Source of the DNA: Candidatus Woesebacteria bacterium
Lineage (GTDB): Bacteria; Patescibacteriota; Microgenomatia; UBA1400; MFAQ01
Assembly: GCA_035389185.1 (NCBI GenBank)
Contig: DAOORK010000001.1
Span: 331,825 to 395,824 of the forward strand
Direction of reading: 5' to 3'
DNA length: 64,000 nucleotides
Shown here: in pieces, positions 20,164-29,336 of the stretch
Layout: every line of letters begins with the position of its first letter
How positions within the stretch are numbered: position 1 is the first letter of the stretch
The notes under the pieces: generated by a model
Databases searched by the model: none
What the model was told of the DNA's origin: nothing
What the model saw: only the letters and a program-made list of their open reading frames with translations
Program-made: the position numbers and the translations under genes

Positions 20164-21644
20164 TTGGAGTGAGCTAGTTGGTAGATTTTTAGATAATCGA
20201 TACTCCACTCGGAAACAATGTGTGATGGACCAAAGACCGCAATTTGCCATCCGGGGTTACCTTCAGGTTGGCATTTATCCCCATCTTCGCAGATTACAAA
20301 AAGCCAGTCGGTAATTCTCTCTTCCCCCCTAATGAGGTTGGCTTTTTTGTTTTCTAAGAAGTAACGATACGACTCGTCATAGTTTTGTTTGGCAATAAGA
20401 CCAAAATTGAAGGGCTCCCCTTTTGATTCTTTGATAATCAAGTCCGCAGCGGCTTCTGTACGTTGAAGCTGTCGATTGGGTTGGCCAAAGGTAGGACTAT
20501 ATCTTAAATTGACAAATAATAGGGCCAAAACAGTAAGAAGGGCTACGACTTTTAAGACAAAGCCTTTTCTGGAAAGGAAATAGCCGATTAGGGCACCGAG
20601 CAAAAGATACACTGCCGGGTAGATAAAGCCAAGGTAGTGAACATAAACATGCTGTTTGTAGATACTTAACCCAAAAATTCCGAAAGCAAGCCAGATATAA
20701 AGAAGCTTTAACTGGGGGCGCCATTTTGACTTGAAAAATATAAAAACGGACAATAAAAGAATTGCCACTGAGATAAGGGGAACACTAATATTCTGACGAG
20801 CCAGAACGAGATCGGTAACGGTGGTAATAATGACCGGAACAAAACGATCTGACTTGGTGGGATTGAGATTAACAGTGGTTTGACGATCGGTGAAGAATTT
20901 TTCGAAAGCGTGGAAATTCATACCTTGATGTTTGATATCAAAAAGAACAAGCGGTGACATAAGTACTAAAAACAAAGCAATGGCTAATAGGGTATTCTTG
21001 ACGAAATGTGAACGAAGAGTTTTGTCTTTTCTTATCCGGAGGAGAGAAATGAGCCAGAAAAAACCTAAAGTGGGAGCTAAAAGCAGACCGAGATAATGCA
21101 TTTGCAAAGCAAAGGCAAAAGAAACACCAACAATAGGCAACCAAAAATATTTTTTATTTTGCCAGACCTGATAGACTCCCCAAATACAAAGAAGGGCAAA
21201 AAGAGGCATAGGGTTGGGATTCCAAGAAGAGCGTGAATAAATTATGGCAACCGGAGAAACGGAGAATAAAGCCGCCGCAACCAAACCGGCACTTTTGTTG
21301 AACCAAGATCTACCAACAAACCAGGTAAGGCCGACGGTAAGAACTCCCAGTAGGGCAACCATAATAGCCGGACCGACTGGATTAAGATTAGACAAAAATA
21401 ACGCCGGGGCCATCATGTAGTAATAAAGCGGACCCAAGTACATGTTGCCAATACTAGTTTGAGGTCCGATGAAAACTAAGTTGCCTCTGGTAATAAGGTC
21501 ACGAACAATACGAACGTCGCGCCCTTCATCTCCCAAGAAAGTCATGAACTCACCAATGCGATATAGGCGCAAAAATAAGGCTAGACCAAGAATACCAATT
21601 AATATAAAGAACTCTAGACGATTTTTTTTGATCCAGTTGATCAT
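20160..21644 (-). CDS. GT-C (GT39/ArnT-like) membrane glycosyltransferase
   Basis: FLGDEGRD, IGPQTS.G..YLGP.YYY, YSRSSWNPN, QMHY. Confidence 0.8.
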   Translation of the reverse strand: MINWIKKNRLEFFILIGILGLALFLRLYRIGEFMTFLGDEGRDVRIVRDLITRGNLVFIGPQTSIGNMYLGPLYYYMMAPALFLSNLNPVGPAIMVALLGVLTVGLTWFVGRSWFNKSAGLVAAALFSVSPVAIIYSRSSWNPNPMPLFALLCIWGVYQVWQNKKYFWLPIVGVSFAFALQMHYLGLLLAPTLGFFWLISLLRIRKDKTLRSHFVKNTLLAIALFLVLMSPLVLFDIKHQGMNFHAFEKFFTDRQTTVNLNPTKSDRFVPVIITTVTDLVLARQNISVPLISVAILLLSVFIFFKSKWRPQLKLLYIWLAFGIFGLSIYKQHVYVHYLGFIYPAVYLLLGALIGYFLSRKGFVLKVVALLTVLALLFVNLRYSPTFGQPNRQLQRTEAAADLIIKESKGEPFNFGLIAKQNYDESYRYFLENKKANLIRGEERITDWLFVICEDGDKCQPEGNPGWQIAVFGPSHIVSEWSIDYLKIYQLAHSK

Positions 21645-22351
21645 TTGATTTTTAACCTGAGTCGGCCAAGGTCAATGAAACTTTGGATAATAACGTTTAG
21701 TTTGGCCCCAGTGGCCTCACCAAATTTACGAGGATAGTGATGAACTCCAATTTCAACAATCTTAAAACCTGCTTTTTTGGCTTTTATCAGAAACTCGGAA
21801 CTGATGAAAGCACCTCGCTCACTTTCCAAGTGAGGGATGGTGTCGACAACTTTTTTGGAAATTAGTTTGAAACCGCAGTCGATGTCCCGAACATTAAGAC
21901 CAAAAAGCAACCAGACAAAAAACTGCCAAATCTTTGAGTTCATTTTGCGAGTGAGATGTACTTTGCGGTCAAGGTAAAAACCAATAACCATGTCCGCACC
22001 GGTCTTTTTCTGGGTGTTTAGAAAATCAGTAATGTCTTTAAAGTTGAACTGACCGTCGGAGTCAATAAAAGAAATCCAGGGATATTTACAACCATAAAGA
22101 CCGCTTTTGAATGCGCCCCCATATCCCCGATTGGGATGGTGATGAATTACAGAGATACGTTTGTCTGCCTTGGCTAGTTTGTTGGCAATTTTGCCAGTGT
22201 TATCTTTGGAACCATCGTCGACAATAACGACTTCCCAAGTAGAGATATTTTTTTGGAGATTTTCAACTACGTTTTTGACCGTCCGCTCGAGATTGGCCTC
22301 CTCGTTGTATGCCGGCAAAAATACGGAGAGTTTATCTATTTGTCTCGCCAT
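21641..22351 (-). CDS. Polyprenol-phosphate glycosyltransferase (DPM/DPG synthase-like GT2)
   Basis: LPAYNEE, VDDGSKD, NRGYGGA, IDSDGQF, RDIDCGFKL. Confidence 0.87.
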   Translation of the reverse strand: MARQIDKLSVFLPAYNEEANLERTVKNVVENLQKNISTWEVVIVDDGSKDNTGKIANKLAKADKRISVIHHHPNRGYGGAFKSGLYGCKYPWISFIDSDGQFNFKDITDFLNTQKKTGADMVIGFYLDRKVHLTRKMNSKIWQFFVWLLFGLNVRDIDCGFKLISKKVVDTIPHLESERGAFISSEFLIKAKKAGFKIVEIGVHHYPRKFGEATGAKLNVIIQSFIDLGRLRLKIK

Positions 22352-22358
22352 AATCACA

Positions 22359-22368
22359 AGTATATACT
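22359..22368. promoter_or_regulatory. Bidirectional -10 element (palindrome AGTATATACT)
   Basis: TATACT on both strands, 7 nt before ATG 22351(-) and 9 nt before ATG 22378(+). Confidence 0.6.
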
Positions 22369-22377
22369 AAGAAGAAG

Positions 22378-23493
22378 ATGAAACGAGTTTATTTAGGCAT
22401 TGCCGTATTACTATTTTCCTTACTGGTTTGGTTACCTTTTGTTCTTAAGGTCAAATTGCCAGCCTGGGGTTTGGATTTTTCCGAAGGCACGAAAATTTTG
22501 TGGCAAAACTATGACGGACCAAATTATCTAATTGTGGCAAAAACTTGGTACAACAAAGCAGATATTCTTAACAAATTTTCAAATCCTCTGCCAGCGGAGT
22601 ATTATCCAGCTCACTTTCCTTTGTATCCGGCGATTATCTCGGTTTTTGATCAGTTCTTAAAAGGCCCAACGGCAATGTTGCTAAGCAGTCTTTTAGGTAC
22701 AGTCCTTTTGTATATCGTATTTTTCCGATATCTAACCCATTTTAAATTGAGTAAAAATCCACTTTGGGCATGTTTGGTCTTTTTGATATTACCTGCCAGA
22801 TGGATTGCTGTTCGTAGTGTTGGTTCTCCTGAACCATGGTTTTTACTTTTTGTAGTCACCAGTATCTTTTTTTTCCGTAAGGAAAAATACTGGATGGCAG
22901 GACTGTTTGGGTTGCTTGCTCAACTGACAAAAAGTCCGGCAATTATTTTATTGGGTGCGTACGGCATTTATGCCTTGGTGGAGTCGATCAAAAGCAAAAA
23001 AATTCAGTTTAAATACTGGCCATTGTTGATCCAAGCATTAGCCATTCCAGCCTTGTTCTGGTTTTATGGGATGCAGACCGGGGATTTTTGGGCATATTTC
23101 CACAGTGGTGACAATATTCATCTTTTTTGGCCTCCCTTTTCCGTGTTTACACCTTTGGGACAGCATTGGGTAAATAGTTTTTGGCTTGAAGATGTGATTT
23201 GGACTTGGTTAATTTTTGGCTTAGGAATATTAAAGCTTTGGGGGAAAAAGGCCAAAGTGGAGACATATTTTGCCGGATTATTTTTTCTATCCACTCTCTT
23301 TGTAGCTCATAGAGACATCAGTCGTTATATTCTTCCCATTGCCCCTTTTGTTTTGATTGGTTGGGACAACCTTATCCAAAAGAAAGAGTTCAAAATTATG
23401 TTGGGAATTCTTCTTATTCCAGTTATCTTGTATAGCTGGAACTTCATATTAAACAATATGGCTCCGGTAGCTGACTGGACACCGTACCTCTAA
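22378..23493 (+). CDS. GT-C membrane glycosyltransferase (PIG-V/GT76 mannosyltransferase-like)
   Basis: NYDGPNYLIVAKTWY, AHFPLYP, SPEPWFL, about 9-10 TMs. Confidence 0.72.
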   Translation: MKRVYLGIAVLLFSLLVWLPFVLKVKLPAWGLDFSEGTKILWQNYDGPNYLIVAKTWYNKADILNKFSNPLPAEYYPAHFPLYPAIISVFDQFLKGPTAMLLSSLLGTVLLYIVFFRYLTHFKLSKNPLWACLVFLILPARWIAVRSVGSPEPWFLLFVVTSIFFFRKEKYWMAGLFGLLAQLTKSPAIILLGAYGIYALVESIKSKKIQFKYWPLLIQALAIPALFWFYGMQTGDFWAYFHSGDNIHLFWPPFSVFTPLGQHWVNSFWLEDVIWTWLIFGLGILKLWGKKAKVETYFAGLFFLSTLFVAHRDISRYILPIAPFVLIGWDNLIQKKEFKIMLGILLIPVILYSWNFILNNMAPVADWTPYL

Positions 23494-23494
23494 T

Positions 23495-24649
23495 TTATTT
23501 TTTCTTTTTCCAGATGATGAGGTTGTACATCAACCAGTTGTAAGGCAGAACCAAGAAAACGATGATAAAGGGGAGCAACAGTTGACGATTGAGATGGGTG
23601 AGAGAGACAAGACCGGCGCCGGAAATTGTTTGGATAAGTAAGGCTCCGACAGAAGTAAGGTTGAACTGAAGAAATTTATTGATAGTAGCAATGACTCCGT
23701 GAATCTTGTCTGATTTGAAAGTCCAGAGATTGTTCCAGGTAAAGTTACTGATGATGGCCAGCTCGGTGCTTAAGAGCCAACTGAGCCATTCATTGTGTGT
23801 AAGATTGCTAAAAACGGCTAAGCCGATGGCATTAACAAGGTAACCGATAAAACCAACAGTACCAAACTTAACGAACTTTTGGGTACCTGGATCGTTCCAA
23901 CGAAGAAGGAAAACTGAACGAAAAATATCTTTGGCTGTTTTGGATTCGATTTTGGACTCACCTTTGGTACGAAGACCAAACTGTAGAGGAATTTCTTTGA
24001 CTTTGGCTCCAAGAGTAACCATTTTATAGAGGAACTCAAGTTTGTAACCAAAACTTCGGGAATAAAGATGGTCCATGTCCATGGTGTCCACAAAGCCCTT
24101 AACACGAGAGGCCTTGAGACCGGTTGTGGGATCTGTAATTTTGAAGAACATTTTTGTCGGAAAGAAAAGAACAAAACGGGCGACTAAACCACCAACTTCA
24201 CTAAAAAAGATGCGTTTGAAACCCCAACCCTTGGGGTTTGATCCCCCATCGATTTTTCGAGAACCCAAAACATAGTCATACCCTTTGGAGATTTCTTTTA
24301 ACAATACCGGTATGTCTTTGGGGGGATGTTGAAAGTCGGCATCAAATTCAATGATGACATCTGCCCCGAGAACTTTCATGGCGTGACGGAAACCTTTTAC
24401 ATAAGCACCACCGATACCGGCTTTGGTAGGATTAAGATAAAGATTGAGGTTTGGATACTCTTTTTGTTTTTTCTGAACAATTTTGTAGGTACCGTCGGGG
24501 GAGGTGTCATCAACAACAAGAAGTTTGCACTGCCAGTCGATTATCTTGGGAAATATTTTTCCACATAGAGTGTCGATCATCTTGCCAATGGTACCGGCTT
24601 CGTTGTAGGTCGGGATGACAACAACGGCAACAGGGAGTTTCTTCATCAT
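23495..24649 (-). CDS. Polyprenol-phosphate-mannose synthase-like GT2 fused to GtrA flippase domain
   Basis: IPTYNE, VVDDTSPDGT, FDADFQHPP, DPTTG. C-terminal KFGTVG...ISNFTWNNLWTF (GtrA). Confidence 0.88.
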   Translation of the reverse strand: MMKKLPVAVVVIPTYNEAGTIGKMIDTLCGKIFPKIIDWQCKLLVVDDTSPDGTYKIVQKKQKEYPNLNLYLNPTKAGIGGAYVKGFRHAMKVLGADVIIEFDADFQHPPKDIPVLLKEISKGYDYVLGSRKIDGGSNPKGWGFKRIFFSEVGGLVARFVLFFPTKMFFKITDPTTGLKASRVKGFVDTMDMDHLYSRSFGYKLEFLYKMVTLGAKVKEIPLQFGLRTKGESKIESKTAKDIFRSVFLLRWNDPGTQKFVKFGTVGFIGYLVNAIGLAVFSNLTHNEWLSWLLSTELAIISNFTWNNLWTFKSDKIHGVIATINKFLQFNLTSVGALLIQTISGAGLVSLTHLNRQLLLPFIIVFLVLPYNWLMYNLIIWKKKK

Positions 24650-24897
24650 ACTTTAGATTTTTTGTTATCTTGGCAATGACAGTTATCACACTCTCCGCAA
24701 CATTCATCGGCTTCGGTGGTGATTTCTTCTCGATTTTGCTTTTCATCGTACCAATAAAGTTTCTTTTCGTCTTCGTCAAGAGTTTTAATATGGGAACCAT
24801 CACAAAAGGGTTGTTTTTTGCTTAGTCCGCACATACAGATAAATTGATCCCCTACTTGCTGTGGACCGTGGGCGGTTTTTTGAACGAGTCTTGGCAT
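24646..24897 (-). CDS. CDGSH iron-sulfur domain protein
   Basis: ICMCGLSKKQPFCDGSH, plus a Cys-rich tail ECCGECDNCHC. Confidence 0.9.
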   Translation of the reverse strand: MPRLVQKTAHGPQQVGDQFICMCGLSKKQPFCDGSHIKTLDEDEKKLYWYDEKQNREEITTEADECCGECDNCHCQDNKKSKV

Positions 24898-24939
24898 GAA
24901 GATATTATATATCTATCTTTGACAGACTATTTTTCTCAC

Positions 24940-25097
24940 TAGACCTGCCGTCTACACGCCTTTTCAGGGCAGACGAAATATTTTCGCCAGCGCGAAAATT
25001 TTCTGATACGCAGGGCGTTTTTTCTTGGAGTACCAAGAATCCTGGCAAAACGCACTTTACGTAATCCTGCCGAAAAGGGAATAGACTACGGTCTATA
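24940..25097. ncRNA. Candidate structured non-coding element (multi-hairpin, possible pseudoknot)
   Basis: Hairpins at 24975-25003, 25015-25053 and 25081-25096 (C-UACG-G loop on +) in a GC-richer intergenic gap. No family recognised. Confidence 0.4.
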
Positions 25098-25134
25098 TCG
25101 TTCGAAAAATGAATAGATTGTATAATTGGGCTTG

Positions 25135-25767
25135 ATGAAAATAGATATTTTGACTATATTTCCGGAAATGTTTGAGGGGGTTTTGGGGACTTCGATAATT
25201 GGTAGAGCTACGGGAACAGGTGTCGTGGAGATAAAGATTCATAACCTGCGAGACTGGAGCGATGATAATTATAAGAGTGTTGACGATAGACCTTTTGGCG
25301 GGGGTGCTGGCATGGTGATGAGAGTTGATGTAGTAGATAAAGCACTTAAAGACCTAAAAACTCCAGAGACAAAAGTGATACTTTTGGACACTAAGGGAGA
25401 AATGTATAACCAAAAAGCTGCCGAGACTCTTAAAAACGAGAAGCACCTGATTCTTATTTCTCCTCATTTTGAAGGAATTGACCACCGAGTCCATGAACAT
25501 CTAGCGGACAAAGTTTACTCGATTGGACCTTATGTTTTATCGGGAGGAGAGTTACCATCGATGGTCTTGGTTGACTCGATAGTGCGACTTTTACCGGGTG
25601 CTTTGGGAAACCCTCAATCACTTGCCGAGGAGTCGTATTCCGAAGAGTTTGAAACAGAGTACCCACAGTACACAAGGCCGGCTGAGTACAAAGATTGGAA
25701 AGTTCCGGAGATTCTACTTTCGGGTGATCACAAAAAAATCGCTGATTGGAGAAAAGGAAAGAAGTAA
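25135..25767 (+). CDS. trmD: tRNA (guanine-N1)-methyltransferase TrmD
   Basis: MKIDILTIFPEMF, VDDRPFGGGAGMVM, SIGPYVLSGGE, EYPQYTRP, VPEILLSGDH. Confidence 0.97.
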   Translation: MKIDILTIFPEMFEGVLGTSIIGRATGTGVVEIKIHNLRDWSDDNYKSVDDRPFGGGAGMVMRVDVVDKALKDLKTPETKVILLDTKGEMYNQKAAETLKNEKHLILISPHFEGIDHRVHEHLADKVYSIGPYVLSGGELPSMVLVDSIVRLLPGALGNPQSLAEESYSEEFETEYPQYTRPAEYKDWKVPEILLSGDHKKIADWRKGKK

Positions 25768-26571
25768 TTACCTGGGATAGCCGACCGGCATAAGATAAAT
25801 GATGGTATCGGTGTCAGCAACAGTAACTAATTCTTTTAACTTTAATTCATCAAAGTTTGTGTTGACGACCGTCCCCAGTTTAAGACTTTCTGCTTGTAGG
25901 GCGAGGTTTTCGGCGGCAAAACCAGCTTCAAGATACACTTCTTTGTCGTGAGGAATTCCCCCATAGGCGTCGGCCATTTTATTTAGGTTTCCGGTGACTA
26001 CGAAAATCGCCGGAACATCTTTAAATGAACTTTGATTAAGTAAATCATAGATTGATTCTCCCAGTTCAACTTTTTTGATTGGCTTTAGCTGATTAAGAGG
26101 TGTCCTATCTCCAGGAAGATATTGATACTCACCGGCATCTAAACCATCTACCTTGTTGGCGATAAGATAAACAGTGAGAGGATAAGTAGATTTCATCGAA
26201 GGTGAAGTGCGGTCACCCCAGTCGGTGTTGATACCCTGAGCCGCCCAAAGTAGTTGAGCAATTTGCTTGAGAGAAAGTGAGCTATCATTGAAATCAAGCT
26301 TTATACGCCTGTTTTTTAGGACTGCCTCGATGGAGTTGCTACTTTTGACATCGGTTTGAGGTAAGACAATGTTATCCGTAGACTGGATAACTTCTATCGA
26401 TGTTCCGGAAGGAGTATTTTGATCTTTCTGTTTGTGACTGGCGACAATCAGAGAAACGATAGCCAGGACGAGAACAATGACAGCGGTTAAGATGGGAGTA
26501 AGCCACTTTTTGACAAACTCCCTAATCTCAACTAATTTTGGTATCTTAAGTTCAAGAGCAGCTTTCTTCAC
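25768..26571 (-). CDS. SagB/ThcOx-family nitroreductase with N-terminal TM anchor
   Basis: QLLWAAQGIN...RTSPS...YPL, YLEAGFAAENL.LQA..L.LGTV. Confidence 0.8.
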   Translation of the reverse strand: MKKAALELKIPKLVEIREFVKKWLTPILTAVIVLVLAIVSLIVASHKQKDQNTPSGTSIEVIQSTDNIVLPQTDVKSSNSIEAVLKNRRIKLDFNDSSLSLKQIAQLLWAAQGINTDWGDRTSPSMKSTYPLTVYLIANKVDGLDAGEYQYLPGDRTPLNQLKPIKKVELGESIYDLLNQSSFKDVPAIFVVTGNLNKMADAYGGIPHDKEVYLEAGFAAENLALQAESLKLGTVVNTNFDELKLKELVTVADTDTIIYLMPVGYPR

Positions 26572-26580
26572 AAATACAGT

Positions 26581-27300
26581 TTAGAGATAACTGTTGACTT
26601 TAGCTTCATTTCTAACTTGGGTATACCATTCTTGAGATCTGGTATAGATTTCCTGTTGGTATAGACTGTCTTTTATTTCGGCCGATACTTGATCTAGAGT
26701 TTTACCGGTAAAAGAAGTTTTGTTTTCTTCAAAATAGGTTTTTACCTGTTCATCGGTTATCTCAATCTTGTTCTGAGACTCAATTAATTTTTTTAGACCA
26801 AGACTCTGTTTTATTGATTCTTCTGCTTGTTCTTCGGTCATAGCGTATTGCTCGATCGCAGCAAGGAACTGCTCCTCACCACCATATTGCTCTTTAATAC
26901 TAGCAAGCTCATCGGCGACTTCTTTGTCGGTAATGACTATCTTGTATTTTTTAAGATTTTCCTCCAAGATGCGCTCGGAAATTATTTCTTCGAGAGTGGT
27001 TTGACCATATTTATCAGACATCTTCTGGTTTAATTCCCAACGATAGATGGGTGATTTGTTTACTGTTCCGACCAGAATTAGATTACGATTTTTTTGTAGA
27101 AGCAAAAAGACGACGATACCGATAGAAACGATCAATAGAATCTTAACCAGGAGAATGGGGTTGAACTTTAGGTTGGCAATCAGGGATGGGGTTTTTCTCA
27201 TAGGTTTAATTACTTTTACGGCCTTCTTTCCTTTTGTGTTTGTTTTTGGCATATCGGTTGATATTTTTTTAATAGTTTTTTTAATTATTGCTTTAGCCAT
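26581..27300 (-). CDS. SurA N-terminal domain / PrsA-like membrane-anchored chaperone (no PPIase insert)
   Basis: TM then VNKSPI.R.EL, TLEEIISE.IL, ITDEQVKTYFEENK, ...RNEAKV. Confidence 0.7.
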   Translation of the reverse strand: MAKAIIKKTIKKISTDMPKTNTKGKKAVKVIKPMRKTPSLIANLKFNPILLVKILLIVSIGIVVFLLLQKNRNLILVGTVNKSPIYRWELNQKMSDKYGQTTLEEIISERILEENLKKYKIVITDKEVADELASIKEQYGGEEQFLAAIEQYAMTEEQAEESIKQSLGLKKLIESQNKIEITDEQVKTYFEENKTSFTGKTLDQVSAEIKDSLYQQEIYTRSQEWYTQVRNEAKVNSYL

Positions 27301-27308
27301 GACTTTTA

Positions 27309-27674
27309 TTATATAGCAGGTTCTTCTAGATCGATGTTGTTGTCAAATACAGGTATAAATGGATCCGGAAGATCGGTGCTGAGATCTTGTATTTCAGTTT
27401 TTAAGCCGGAAAAATCGGATTTGATTGTTGTTCCTTGCGTGGGAGTAATGGATTCAATATCCGAAGGAGAATAGACGGGGATTTGGGAAGATTGAAATAT
27501 TTTTTTACCAAGTAGAATGGCAATAATTAGAACCGTAATAATGGCAAGAGTAAAGAAATACCAACGGTTTCTTTTGAACCAAGCAATTAATGGATGAAAC
27601 AGTTCACCGGATTTAAATCTGTTTATAAACTCTATCGCTTGGGGATTGGTGATTTCTAATTTAGGAATGAGCAT
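27309..27674 (-). CDS. Hypothetical single-TM protein
   Basis: ORF with one TM helix, packed between neighbours. Confidence 0.6.
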   Translation of the reverse strand: MLIPKLEITNPQAIEFINRFKSGELFHPLIAWFKRNRWYFFTLAIITVLIIAILLGKKIFQSSQIPVYSPSDIESITPTQGTTIKSDFSGLKTEIQDLSTDLPDPFIPVFDNNIDLEEPAI

Positions 27675-28437
27675 AATTTAAATCAATATCTATCAGTGAG
27701 TCCATCCACTTTAACTGTTGGGACTTAATTTTTTGGGCTGCTTCGGATTTTTCTGAAAAATAGTTCTCGCTTTCAATGTTGGCTAAATCCTCTTCAGAAA
27801 GAAGGGTGTTGGCCAGTTCGTCTATTGAAGCGTTGATACTTTTCCCAAGTTTTTGCAGATCCTCAATTTTTGTCTTTAAAGGAGTTGATATTGGTGTGGC
27901 AAGTTTTGGCAAAATAATATTAAGGGCGTTATCCATTTCTTGCTGGAAATGAACCAGTAAGGATAGTTTGTAAGCCACGACTCCAGCACGGGAACTGTGA
28001 TCGTGTTCGATAACGTTGGTGTTGTATTCTTGGGTAAAGTTTTTAAGATCGGCTGGGGTAGCAATTGATTGTGACTTTAGAGCTTCATTACTAAAAAAAT
28101 TCTTGGCCTTGGTGAGGGAGAAAATAATAGGGTCGATGTTTTTGTAATTTGCTTTAGTATTTTTTATCAGAGAAAGCAGGTACTCCGCGTAGTTTGATTT
28201 TGCCAGATCTCTGGCGGAAAGAGTTTCTTTGGCTGCCAAAATTGCTTTTTGCTGATTATCTAGTGTGGGGTTACTTATGTAATCGCTTTTAAGTAATTTG
28301 TATTCGATATATTTTCCTCGATAGAGACTATATTGATATTCGTAATCTGATTTGGCATCTGCCAAAACAGTCGTTGTCCCAAAACAAAAAAAGATAGATG
28401 GTAGTATAAGCAAAAGCAGCTTTGAAAAAAGCTTCAT
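27661..28437 (-). CDS. Hypothetical secreted helical protein
   Basis: Signal peptide (VLA-D) and helical body; TAATG coupling with rmlD. Confidence 0.65.
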   Translation of the reverse strand: MKLFSKLLLLILPSIFFCFGTTTVLADAKSDYEYQYSLYRGKYIEYKLLKSDYISNPTLDNQQKAILAAKETLSARDLAKSNYAEYLLSLIKNTKANYKNIDPIIFSLTKAKNFFSNEALKSQSIATPADLKNFTQEYNTNVIEHDHSSRAGVVAYKLSLLVHFQQEMDNALNIILPKLATPISTPLKTKIEDLQKLGKSINASIDELANTLLSEEDLANIESENYFSEKSEAAQKIKSQQLKWMDSLIDIDLNYAHS

Positions 28438-29333
28438 TACTTTAAGGATAACCCCTGACCGATAAGTATTTCAACCACAGTCTGCCAAGCAGAAAAATGA
28501 AGACCCAATTTTTTCTCGGTAGCAACTGTTTTTAGACCGCCAAAAACCGGGTAACGGCTTTTGTTGGTTTGGGTTGCTAGAAAGGTATGGATCGAAGAAG
28601 ATTTGATGACTGAAGGATCACCCCCAAGCTGATCGACCACGTAGGTAATTAATTCAAAGGGAGTTGTGGTATCGGAGCAACAGTGGAAGATACCAGTTTT
28701 TTCTGTATCGATAATTTTTTCCAGTGTCTGGGCAACTTCATCGATGAAGGCAATACAGATTTGCTGGTCATTGAACAGAGGATACATAGTTCCATCGACA
28801 TATTTTTTGACTGCGCCACGAATATAGTCTAGCTTGGCGTCAAACTGGGCACGGACGGGATAAATGATGCGAAGAATTGTACCTCCGTGGTTGAGGACCA
28901 CTTTTTCGGCACGATTTTTGGTCCAACCATACCAAGTGAGATTTTCGGGCGAGTCGGGAGTTTTATCGGTTTCAGAATAAGGACCGGGGTGTTCAACACT
29001 GCCAGGGAAAACCATGTCGGTACTGATGTGAATAATTTTTTTGGAAGGAAAAGCATTGACGAGATTTTCGGTACCTTCAACATTAATTTTCCAAGCGGGG
29101 CCAGTGTTATCCCCTGTTTGAGTTTCTGCGGCATTGACGTCGGTAAAAGCGGCAAAGTTTACAATCCATTCGGGATTAAACTTGTCAATGGCATTTTTAA
29201 CTGAGCTCGGGTCGGTAAGGTCAAATTCCGGATATTCGGGAGTGAAAAAATCGTATTTATTCTGGGCAAGTTCGATAAAGCGAGAACCAACAAGTCCTGA
29301 GGCTCCGGTGACTAAAACTTTTATTTTGTTCAT
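28437..29333 (-). CDS. rmlD: dTDP-4-dehydrorhamnose reductase
   Basis: VTGASGLVG, AAFTDVNAAE, ISTDMVF, YGWTK. Confidence 0.85.
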   Translation of the reverse strand: MNKIKVLVTGASGLVGSRFIELAQNKYDFFTPEYPEFDLTDPSSVKNAIDKFNPEWIVNFAAFTDVNAAETQTGDNTGPAWKINVEGTENLVNAFPSKKIIHISTDMVFPGSVEHPGPYSETDKTPDSPENLTWYGWTKNRAEKVVLNHGGTILRIIYPVRAQFDAKLDYIRGAVKKYVDGTMYPLFNDQQICIAFIDEVAQTLEKIIDTEKTGIFHCCSDTTTPFELITYVVDQLGGDPSVIKSSSIHTFLATQTNKSRYPVFGGLKTVATEKKLGLHFSAWQTVVEILIGQGLSLK

Positions 29334-29336
29334 AGA

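Noticed and set aside
6526-20250. Long N-terminal extensions in the ORF track (7560, 14296, 20250)
   Set aside because: They overlap upstream genes; internal ATGs (7335, 14200, 20163) give proper domain starts and coupling
24898-25125. RNase P RNA, tmRNA or group I intron
   Set aside because: No GAGGAAAGUCC core, no tRNA-like ends, no paired GACUA/UAGUC P7 on one strand, and too short
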